64,000 bases of DNA from Mytilus trossulus (Eukaryota). Within the stretch, counting starts at the first letter, position 1; each line of letters begins with the position of its first letter. The translations under genes were made by a program, and so were the position numbers. The notes under the pieces are model-generated. The model was given only the letters and a program-made list of their open reading frames with translations, had not been told where the DNA came from and made no database searches. The stretch is from positions 38,006,001 through 38,070,000 of the forward strand of contig NC_086374.1 in the NCBI RefSeq assembly GCF_036588685.1, read 5' to 3'. Below, in pieces: positions 25,154-36,139 of the stretch.

Positions 25154-26439
25154 ATACATTTTTCATTTTTAGTCTTTTCCTTAAAAAACACGAATCAGTC
25201 GGCTTTCACACGAAATTAACGGATTCATCTTATGTAGTGTAGATATAAATAATTTAAATAAAATATACGCTATAGAGGTAATTATTTTGTGTATTCAGTT
25301 AGATATTCAATAAATTGAATACACAAATGCTTTACCTGAAAACCAGTCTAATTATCAACTAACGTGATATATTAATGTTGATCAATTAAGACTGCATTTG
25401 AGTCGAGTTGAGTTCAATCAAAACTTGCACCTTTGAGTGTTATTGTTTGAAAATATCTTGACAGCTGTCTATCATACTAGTATTGAATCTCATTTTTCTA
25501 ATGAAAGAATGAAAATTTCAAAAAAATGTTGGAATTAACTTTGATATCAAATTTTATTCAATGGTTTACAGAAATATACATGATACTGACAAAACACTTT
25601 CATTATTCTTATCAACTGACTATTATATTAATAAAATTATCATTTTCCACATTAATAAATTAATGGCAATTTAGAATATATTTTGATTTTCTAAAAGGAA
25701 CTATATATATGCTATTGTGTATATATAGAAATAAAGCAGTTTTTCGCCTGACATTTTCTTAATTTAAGAACAAATAAATGAAACATTAGTATACCGCTGT
25801 TCGCAATATATTGCATGTTTGTGTTCCCAAGTATCTGATACTTCACTCAGACTCAGAAATAACATATCAAAAGTTGGCAGTTAATGATTGTAAAAATTGT
25901 GTTTCCAGTCATAGAAGCACACACTTATTTTCATTTTATGTCTTTTTCTAAGGATTTTGCACCATTCCGGTAAGAGGTGAAACCTGCGGAATCTCACGCG
26001 TTATCGTGAGAGGAATTCCATGTCTGTCATTCAAAATTCATGAATAGCAACATACTTGGTCGGTTGAGAACAAATCATTACTACCTACATATAGATGATT
26101 TAAGTTACTCAGTTGTGAACTTTTCGTTTCCTATCATGATTTCCTCGAATGGGGTAACCAATCACAAGGAAGCTATTTCACCAAGAGCTCCAAGTGGTGC
26201 GTTTGAATGCATTTGTGAAACAGTCAACTAAATCCCGATAGCGATCTTAACATTTTCAAAGAGATGCCTTCAACTTCACCACTTGTAACTCTTGGTTTAA
26301 TAGCTTCCTTGTAATTAACAATCTAATTCAAGAAAAAAATGATAGGCAAAATCCGGCCCGCAAAATCAATCCTTTAATTTGCAACCCATTTTAAAGGAAT
26401 TCATCATAGGCAAATCAATCAGTGACCTAGAACAAAAAC

Positions 26440-27352
26440 AACAAAACCTTAGAATCCTAATGATAAACTGTCAAAGCGTAAGAAATAAACGATCAAGCTA
26501 TGTGAGTGAAAGCAGTATAAAGATAAACATATAATACTTGCAGGAGATTTCAACCTCGTCATATTGACTGTGATAACAACACAATCAAATCAAGAAAAGC
26601 ACAAGTAAAACATCACCAATAGCGTCTTAAACTCATTGAAGAATTTGGCATGGAACAACTAAATGAATTATTTTTTTTACAAACCATTCAAGCCTTGAAA
26701 AGTCATGTACCAAACTACCTGGAATAACAAATAACAAAGATCATTTTTCTTAAAACAGACTTAAAACCGCAATACAATAAACCAAAACCAAGAGAAATAT
26801 ACGTTTACAAGAAATCAAAATGGGAGGTGAGCAAATATGGCATTATAAAATTGGGCTCTGACATCACCAATAGTAACACCTCTGTTGAAATTAGGAAGAC
26901 CAACCTCAAAAATAATATTGTAACAACACTCAATCTTAATTTACCAAAGAATATAACAATTAAGAGACATAAAAAGTAAAATCTCAAAAATAATGAATTC
27001 CGAAGAAAATTCAAAGCAGAAAGTTCGTAATGAAATGGCAAAATCAAAATCTACATTGGTTATCAAAAAACGTGAATAAAAAAAGGAAAAAACACAAACT
27101 GTTCCAGAAAGCTAAACAGACAGAATTGTCCGAAGACTGAGGAAAATTTAAATATAAAAAATAAAAAAGCTAACTGGCAGTATGACAACAAAATACTAGA
27201 CGCAGCTTTGGAGGACGGTAATAGTAAAACTTGCTTGCGATACATAAAGTCAGAACGTACTGACAAGGTATAGGTGTTGCTGGAATTAACAAACATGGAT
27301 TTTTTTTACACTAGGATATCAAATTTAAGGCAGACTTACTTAATGAGTAATT
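26440..27352 (+). mobile_element. Degenerate LINE ORF2 fragment (APE endonuclease region), copy A
   Basis: LRILMINCQSVRNK and IILAGDFNL motifs; many frameshifts; paralogous to 36140-37652. Confidence 0.75.
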
Positions 27353-30300
27353 TATGAACGCTAGAATGAATTTATCAGTGGCGGATCCGGAAATTTTCCT
27401 TAGAGGAGGACCCTGGACTTCTAAAGAGGGGACCCGCTCTATTCATGCTTCAGTGATTCCATAAAACACCCACATTTTACGAAATGAGGAGGCGGGCGCG
27501 TTGATGCTCCTCTAAATCTAGTTAAGGCATGTATAATTTAATTGCACTTGAATACGAATTAGAAAAAATCCTATCGGATTTAGAATTTCAATAGCTGTTC
27601 GGAAGACTCATGGAAAGATTGAACAGAAGTACCTTTTTTTTTCACTGACGTTCGGAAAAGTTCCTGTTTTATGTCCTACCTTATGGGCATTATATTTTTC
27701 GATCATTCTGTCCCGCTTCAGGTTATTGTTTTTAGTGAATGTAGTTTTTGATGAAGTTGAAGTCAAACCAACTTGACTTAATACACATGTTCCCTATGAT
27801 TTTTAATTTCTAATTACAAATGTATAATAAATTTATTTGTAAGCGATATTTTCCTAAAGTATTCCATTCTTTCACATTATGGATTTAAAATGTACAATTT
27901 CGAAACTGGAAGGTCTTCTCCAATTAGAACTTTCATATACATCTTTCTTTTTGATATGGTGGCATATTTTTCACACACTAAAATACAAATGAAATCTCTA
28001 TTCAATATTACTTTTTCTTTTTATTGATCAGCACTTTTAGACCATGTCAGCGTGTATCGTTGGTTACTGTCATTTTGTTTTTCGTTCACCTTTGTAGTAC
28101 CTGAGTTGGGCCATTATGTAATATTTTGTTTTATGAATGCAACTCTTTTTAGCATTTAAAACAAAAATGTGTTCATATAATGGACTATAACATCCCCATC
28201 TTATGTTAAAGGAGGACTGAACCCTCCGATATACATGGTTTACTCCACCACACTATTTATTTACTTGTCTTAATCTAGGAGTATGTACTCATTAGACAAG
28301 TGGATTGTTTTGATTGCTGTCCGTCAACATAATTTCCTGTTTTCGCAAAGACGGTTTGGATGAAATAAGTCTCCCCTAAAGAATGGCTGTGCCAATTGAA
28401 ATTGTATTTCATAGTGTTTTAATTTGTGTTACTTCGTTTTTTGATTGAGGTAAGCCTTCCAATTGATATTTTATAGTTTGTCTTTCTATGTTGTGATGTC
28501 ATACTATTGTTTCAAGAAAGGCAGAAGGTTTGGTACCATTTAAACGTTAAATCCCGGTAGAATTGTTTGCACATGTCCTAAGTGAGGAATCTGGTGCATA
28601 AGTGTTTCTCGTTTCTATATAGATTAGACCGTTGGTTTTCCCGTCTGAATGGTTTTATACTAGTAATATTTGATCGCCAAGGCTCCGTGTTGAAGGCCGT
28701 ACATGGACCTTTAATGGTTCACTTTTACAAATTGTTACTTGGATGGAGAGTTTTCTCATTGGCATACATACCACATCTTCTCGTATCTAATTAATAGTAA
28801 TTTTAATATTAAGGTTGCTCTCTCAATTTTTATTCTATAAATATCTCACCTGACGTAGACGTAGAGAAGTACATTAAAGTGACTTGAAAAAACTACTTAC
28901 CAAAGACAAACAACGACTCCCAAATGTTAAATTGATATCTATACGCACATGTGTTATCTAAATGAAAATTAGTAACATAGCTTCATTAATGATGAAATGG
29001 TAAAGATTTGAAGACAATGACAGTGGAAGAAACAGTTCACACTGGATCCATATTTGAAATAACATTTTTCTATTCATTTCAAGTGCCGATGGAGAGAAAT
29101 AAGAAGAACCAACCAATGCAGAAATGCTTACTATAAACTGATGTAAGTTAAGTCTAGTTGAGCCGCTCTGTGTGGCTAAAAGGGGGAACATTCATCGGAC
29201 AGTGGTTGTTTTTGTCTATAAAAACACGCATTACAATTGCTACAAACAATAATCATAAAATATGTCACAGCCTCACACGAAAAAAAAAATCTAATTCATT
29301 TTCTTGCTCATTGAAGAAAAACGAGGAGTCATAACGGAAATATGACTGAACATTTTGTATTAAGAATAGTTTCATTGTATATGTTGTGTAAGAGAGAGCA
29401 ACCGTAATATTAAAATTATTATTAATTAGATTTTTTGTACAAGTTATTAGTGTTTTATGACCTGCTGAACAAAAATGGATGATGCAAGCACACAGTATTT
29501 TGCTTCGCATATTTCTCTCATATTTTCACAACTTCATGATACAGTCTAATACTGAGCATTGATACAAACACATTACAAGACAACATAAAGATTTTGTATG
29601 GATATGCATATGGTATAAGGAAAATAATTAAAAAAGAATTTAAACTATTCAGGTATCCTCATTTTTAGGTTGAACACAAGGAGAATAGCACTTAATGTTA
29701 GGTTTATGTATACTTTTTTTGAATTTAAATCATTACACTGGTACATTTTGTAAGATAAACATGTATCACTTATTGCAACTATATAGGTTTTTAAAACCTT
29801 ATAACTTGTACAAAAACCCTGTACAAATTATAATTTGTAAACATATTATAACAACATTGGATATCTTCCACTTTAATATAACAATTGGGAAACATTCTAT
29901 TTTTACGGCAGTTGTATTAGTTTATGTAATGCCTACGTTAAATAGCTCTCTGAAAAAGTAAGCTTAGCCAAGCCACGAAGAAATAGTCTTAAAAAAGAAT
30001 CGTGCATAACCAACACTCCGAACTCCAAGGACATTTGAAACGGAAAGTCTTTTATAAAATGTCAAATGCAAAAGCGTAAACACATTCACAAATAGAAAAC
30101 AACTGTCATTTTCGTCTCTCTCTCTCTCTATCTTTCAAGAATCAAACGGTTTAAGTAAACAAGACTAATGCTGAAATATTTATTTTTCAATAATGAAGTT
30201 ACAATTTCTCCTTTGTTAAATATTCAAAAAGACAAAGAGAAAGAAACATTCCCATTACCTTACGTTTGAACATGAATTCGTTCTAAAATGGAGTCAATAT

Positions 30301-30607
30301 ATATATGATCATAAATGGACGATGATAAAGTAAAAATCAATAATTATAATTAATCTTTTGAAGAGTGAATTAAAATGTTACAACATGGGTAACAATTCAA
30401 ATGAACATTTGGGTACTAATTGTTGCGAGAGGATAAACATCATTTATGATATAGCAAACATATCATCACTTAGTAACAATGAGATGTAACATCAATTACG
30501 AAAAGCCACCACATATAATAACAATAACAATTACCCTTCAGCTTAATGAGACACAGACCAAACACAGTTGTTTAGTTTAATTGGTGTGAAACGTGGCATT
30601 AGAACAA

Positions 30608-31870
30608 ATGGATTTGTGTCAACTTTTAAAGCCACAAATGCCACAGTTGCACATATTGTTATTAGTTTTACTATTAGCCTTTCAAATGATCAACGCATCT
30701 TATTTTACTGAAATCGAAAGATTGCATAAAGATTTGATGACTGGATATAATAAAGATATATTGCCACAATGGAACAAATCACAACCAGTAGATGTCTCAA
30801 TTGCATTTCATTTATTTAATCTGAATGGAATAGACAGTGTAAAGGGAGTTATTGCCATTGCAGGATATTTTATTCTCCAATGGATTGACGTAAATATGCA
30901 ATGGACACCAGCCAATTACACTTCTATAGAAACCATAGTCATACCACTTGAACAGGTATGGAAACCGCCTGTCATAAATGCTAATTCTGTATTAGAATTT
31001 AAATTCTTTGGAGCCACTGGAGCCTCTGTTCGTGTTACACATACAGGTCTGGTCACATGGGCTCCAGGTCATAATTTGGAATATACTTGTAATGTGGATA
31101 CATCGTACTACCCTTTCGATACACAGATGTGTGAAATGGAAGTTATGATGTGGGGGTACAGTTCAAAAGAACTAACTTTTACGACGAGCAGAACTGATGT
31201 TGACCTCAGCTTTTTTCAATTAAACAATGAATGGGAATTAATGTATACTTCAGCTGTTGCAATCAATAGTAGTACTTTAAGTCCGCGTGTGGAAATTGAA
31301 ACCCACTTTGAACGTCGTCCTTTATATTATGTAATGAATCTTATTTTCCCTGTAATGTTTTTAGCATTACTAAATTTATTTGTATTTCTTTTGCCACAGG
31401 ATTCAGGTGAAAGGGTTGGATTTTCAGTTACACTATTGTTAGCAAATGTTATGTTTTTAACGATTGCACAGAATATGCTCCCAGCTACAGCAATACCGAG
31501 AATGTCCGCCATTTGCATTGCACTGTTACTGAATCTATGTTATAGCGGACTTATAGTCATTACTGTTATCATTAGCCGCAACATCTATCATAAGCCGGAC
31601 GAGCAGGTTATCTCTAACTGGATAGTGAAATTTGTACAAATAGGTAAATTATTTAGAAGTAACCATAAGCAAGTATCATCAGAAATGATAATTCCTCACG
31701 TTGAAAAGGACTTCGATGGAGAAAAATACGAAAACAGGAAAGAAAATAACCTACACAAGGTCAACTGGCAGCAAGTTGCAAGAATGGTGGACCGTATTGC
31801 CCTTATCTCTTATATTACACTTTTCATATTTGGTTGTAGCGGCGTTGTAATAGATATTTCTCAAAGGTAA
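30608..31870 (+). CDS. Intronless divergent non-alpha nicotinic acetylcholine receptor-like subunit (copy B), ~420 aa
   Basis: Tandem paralog of 22698-23960 (offset 7910 nt, no indels); Cys-loop CNVDTSYYPFDTQMC; same transmembrane architecture. Confidence 0.95.
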   Translation: MDLCQLLKPQMPQLHILLLVLLLAFQMINASYFTEIERLHKDLMTGYNKDILPQWNKSQPVDVSIAFHLFNLNGIDSVKGVIAIAGYFILQWIDVNMQWTPANYTSIETIVIPLEQVWKPPVINANSVLEFKFFGATGASVRVTHTGLVTWAPGHNLEYTCNVDTSYYPFDTQMCEMEVMMWGYSSKELTFTTSRTDVDLSFFQLNNEWELMYTSAVAINSSTLSPRVEIETHFERRPLYYVMNLIFPVMFLALLNLFVFLLPQDSGERVGFSVTLLLANVMFLTIAQNMLPATAIPRMSAICIALLLNLCYSGLIVITVIISRNIYHKPDEQVISNWIVKFVQIGKLFRSNHKQVSSEMIIPHVEKDFDGEKYENRKENNLHKVNWQQVARMVDRIALISYITLFIFGCSGVVIDISQR

Positions 31871-33455
31871 AATGGTGTGTGTTGCTGAATGAACAATTTA
31901 TTAATTCGAGTAATGCTAAAAAACAAATCCGACATTATGCATAGTCTAACTTTTTAGAAAAGTCCAAGAAATCCAATATCGTTATCCAAACTGTAAGAAA
32001 AAAAGGGGAGAAAAATGAGACAACACTAAAGGTGCAGCGTACAAAAACAATAAATCAGGAAGATGTAACAAAAACCATGTCAAATTGTATATCCAGTGCA
32101 AAATGTAGAAGAAGAAAAATAAGCAGCCACCTTCTTTATATCATTGACTGACGATATCAATCATAGTCAATCAGATCATTAGGATTAGAATACAGCATAT
32201 ATAAGTAATTACAAACCAACTTTAATATGAAACCCATTACTGGATTCAATTGCAATCTGAGGTTGTAATTTGTAAGCAGAGCAAGCTTATATTGATGACA
32301 CAGGCTGCCTTAATTTGACAAAAATATTTCTAAAAGAGCCATATATATAACATGGTCGCCAAGCTGTTCGACGCCATTCATTTAAAAGTAAAATATGACC
32401 TTCGGAAATATTGCGATAAGGTACACCTACAGCTTGGGTTGATTTTGCTTTGTCCACCGGCCCACCATGGAAGTGGCAAAGACTTGCAAGTATTATCACT
32501 TGAAAAAAAGCAGATAAGCATTTGTAATCAATTTTTTTACAAAAAAGAGATCATAGCTAGAGTGGGCAGGTGGAAAAAGCAAAATCCACTCGGGCTGTTG
32601 TGTACATTGTACCAACGTTATCAATCGGATATTGATTCTTAAAATTTCTAAAAAAAAAATCTGCTGTAAAATCTTCAATTACAATCTTGAAAATTTAATA
32701 CTTATAGTAATATTAAAACTTATATTTTTTCTACGCTTATCACTTCCATTCACCACACTCAATTTTCTTATTCGTCCCATTAAGTGTAGTATTTTCTGTA
32801 AAGTGTATTTGTTGATACAAATGTTTTGTTTTAGATCATAAAAATACCATACTGTGTGGAAAAGATTACAAAAACAATATCACTGAGGTTGATATCAACC
32901 AAATGCTTGTCTCTTTGCTCGAAAACATGTTTGTTAGAATTGGTTTTTTCTGTCTTCTTATCTTTTATGTTTGCTAATATGCTTTGTCTATATGCCTTTT
33001 TGTGCTTTTTTGTTACATATTTGTTTGTTTTTATAGTTATTCAGATTAAAACACAATGTTGACAGCTGTACCCCTATTTTTTTTTTTACATTTTTACCTA
33101 TTACTTTTGTTGTCATTGTCAATATAATGTATTTTGATGTGACTGTCATATAAGTGAGAGGTTAAGATAGCTTTAAACCCAGGTTAAATATTTCGTTGTC
33201 AACAAAAGAAAATGCTTGTACCAAGTCAGGAATATGACAGTTGACATTTATTCGATTGATGTTTTCGAGCTTTTGATTTTGTCATTTGATTAAGGAATTT
33301 CCTTTTTTAATTTTCCTCGGAGTTCAGTATCTTTATGATTTAACTTTTTGATATGTCAACTGAACAGACAGTTGGTATTCCCATGGGTACTTATTGTTTT
33401 TAATAGAAAAACTTCTCAAAGTCGAAAAGGGAAAAAATCTCGAAAAGTTGTTTAA

Positions 33456-34557
33456 GGACCGGTAAGGGCCGATTTTGGCCTCAAATTTCAGGTTCATCTA
33501 ACGAAAGATTTTGGACAATTTTTAAACACTTAAGTATCTATTTCAATTGATTCAGTTAGTTTATGTGACAGAATTTAACTGATTAAGTTTTTAAAACTCC
33601 TCCGATTAAGTTTTTAAAACCCCTCCTATCAATATGAAAACAACCGTCACTTTTCATGTGTTTTTTGTCAAAAATGAAAGTGGTCGCATTTGTGTTCCTT
33701 ACTCAACCTTTATATACATGTTATGTATTATCATCAAATGCAACTTACATTTCAATATTATGAATGAACACAAATGCGGCCACTTTTATTTAAGACGGAA
33801 ACCGTCTAAAATTTAACTAAAATGCTAAATTAATGATGTTAGTACCCGATATATGTGCATTGTTTTGTCAAAAACAGCCCACTATTTTGCAAAACTGCTA
33901 TATTTTGGGGCCAAAATAGGGTCTTACTGAACCTACTCCTTTCAATTTCCGGAAAGTTTGATGAAGTCCTAGCTGTCACTTGTTTATTGTTGGCTCGCGG
34001 GTACAAACAAATCAGCAAAAAAATTAACATTTGTTTTTTTTTATTACAAATATTATTTATTACACTATTAGTTTTAACTTTATAACTTGTTACAAAAATC
34101 ACCAAGACAAATCGATTTGGGTTGGCCACAAATGACTTTAAAATTGTTTTTATAGTAACATTAAAAAAGCTCGAAATTATCTCCCTTTGGTGCAAAAATG
34201 TCATTTTTTGACGTTTAAATTGAAACATCTTTTTTAACTCATAGGTGACCAATATTTTTTATTATTGTTTTCAAACAAGCTATACATAAACTTAATAATT
34301 GTAAAACTTAAGCGGTTTCTGTAATTAAGTTCTTTTCTTATTTCGATATTACCAATATTTCTCTATTAGTTCAACAGAAAAAAGGACATTTACAGTAATG
34401 TATGCTTCTTTCGGAGGCAGATTGTGAGCTTACATGAACGATGACCGCATGTTTTTATTTCATATTTTATTAGGTATAAGATAGTGTTTAATCATAGAAA
34501 AAAATAGCAAAATTCTATATTAAAAACAAAAGTTGATTTAGAACCTCGGGCCCCTTT
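33456..34557. mobile_element. Two adjacent Kolobok-like MITEs (~33456-33942 and ~33991-34557)
   Basis: Imperfect inverted ends (ccggtaagggccgattttggcc / ggccaaaatagggtcttactgaacc; ggctcgcgggtacaa / ttagaacctcgggccc), TTAA at the outer flanks; absent from copy A. Confidence 0.55.
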
Positions 34558-34922
34558 AAATAGGACATAATATTATCTCATCTGATTATAACACTGATTT
34601 TATATGGTCGCATTTTTATACATATTTTATTTTAGTATTTCCTTAAAAAATCCCATATCTTAGGAATCAGTCAGCTTTCACAAGAAATTAACAGTATCAT
34701 CTTATGTAGTGTTGATCAAAATAAATAACAGTTACTCTATAGAGGTAAAGATTTTGTGTTTTGAGTTAGATATGTGATTAATTGAAAACACAAATAAAAT
34801 GCTTTACCCCAACTAGCATGATATATTAATGGTGATCAATTAAGACTGAATTTGTCCGAATTATCATTGATATGGTCATATTTATAAATTAACTGTTAAC
34901 AAAACTTCTTTTTTTTAAATAC

Positions 34923-35271
34923 TAATAACATTAACGGTACCAAATTTCCTGCACCAGATGCGCATTTCGACAAAACATGTCTTTTCAGTGATGCTCGTGG
35001 CCAAAATATTTGAAATCCAAAGCTTATATAAAGGTTGATGAGCTATACCCAAAGATTTCCAAAAAGAAGAGCAAAATCCGTGAAAGGAATCAGAGCTTTG
35101 CATGAGGGAGATACATTCCTTAATTTATAATAATTTCTAACATGTTGTAACAGAAAATTTTAATAACACAATAAAACCCTCGTAGATTCATGCCAGTAGC
35201 GAGGTACTGGCTACTGGGCTGGTCATACCCTCGGAACTAACAGTCCACCAGCAGAGGCATCAACCTAGTAA
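34923..35271 (-). mobile_element. ~350-bp retrozyme-like monomer with a hammerhead, inserted antisense into another hammerhead-bearing repeat (~34855-35382)
   Basis: Contains the minus-strand hammerhead at 34951-34997; the host repeat carries a plus-strand hammerhead at 35296-35342; the whole composite is missing at the paralogous site (~25400). Confidence 0.65.
34951..34997 (-). ncRNA. Minimal type I hammerhead ribozyme with a single core mutation
   Basis: Minus strand: GCATCA-CTGAAAA-GACA tgttt TGTC-GAAA-TGCGCA (palindrome)-TC-TGGTGC. All three stems pair; the core has A where CUGANGA has G. Confidence 0.75.
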
Positions 35272-35295
35272 GGCTTTTCTACTTTTTTTTGGATT

Positions 35296-35342
35296 CGAGC
35301 ATCATTAATGAGTCATTTGTAGACAAAACGCGCGTCTGGCGT
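35296..35342 (+). ncRNA. Degenerate hammerhead ribozyme, same family as 18488-18534
   Basis: gcatca-TTAATGA-GTC atttgta GAC-AAAA-CGCGCG-TC-tggcgt; both core boxes mutated; shares the downstream ctggtatc..tatgatgagttt tail with the 18.5-kb copy. Confidence 0.6.
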
Positions 35343-36139
35343 AAATACAAAATTTAATCCTGGTATCTATGATGAGTTTATTGAATGAAGTTGAATCCAA
35401 TCAAAATTTGCAACTTTGAGTGTAATTGTTTGATACTGACAAAACACTTTCACTATTCCTATCAACTGACTAGATTTGATCAAAATTATATTTTCCACAT
35501 TAATACATAAATGGCAATTTAGAATAAAGGAACAATATGCAAGTGTTTATCTAAAAATAAAGAAGTTTTTGGTATGACTATTTCTTAATTTAAGAACAAA
35601 TAAATATTAGTATACCACTGTTCGCAAAATTCTGCATGTTTGTGTTTCCAAGTACCTGGTACTTCAATCAGACTCAGATATAACATATAAAAAATGTCAG
35701 TTAATGATTGAAACGGTGATTCCAGTTTCTGCAAGACATAGAAGCACACAATTCTTTTTCAAACTATGTCTTTTATTTAGGAATATGCACCATACCGGTA
35801 AGGGTCGAAACGAGCGGAAGCTCATGCGTTATTGTGAGAGGAATATCATGTCTGTCATTCAAAATGCATCAATGCAACATACTTGGTCGGTTGAGAACAA
35901 AACTTAACTAGATAGAAATGATTTCAGTTACCCAGTTGTGAACTTTTCATCTCTTAGTTGATACGATATTTCAGAAGTGAATTTCCCATCATGATTTCCT
36001 TGAATAGGGTTGCCAATTAAAAGGAAGCTATCTAATCAAGAGCTCCAAGTGTTGAAGTTGGATGCATTTTTGGAACAGTCAACCAAATCCTGATGGCGAT
36101 CTTGAAATTTCAAAGGAATGCCTTCAACTTCCCCTTAAA

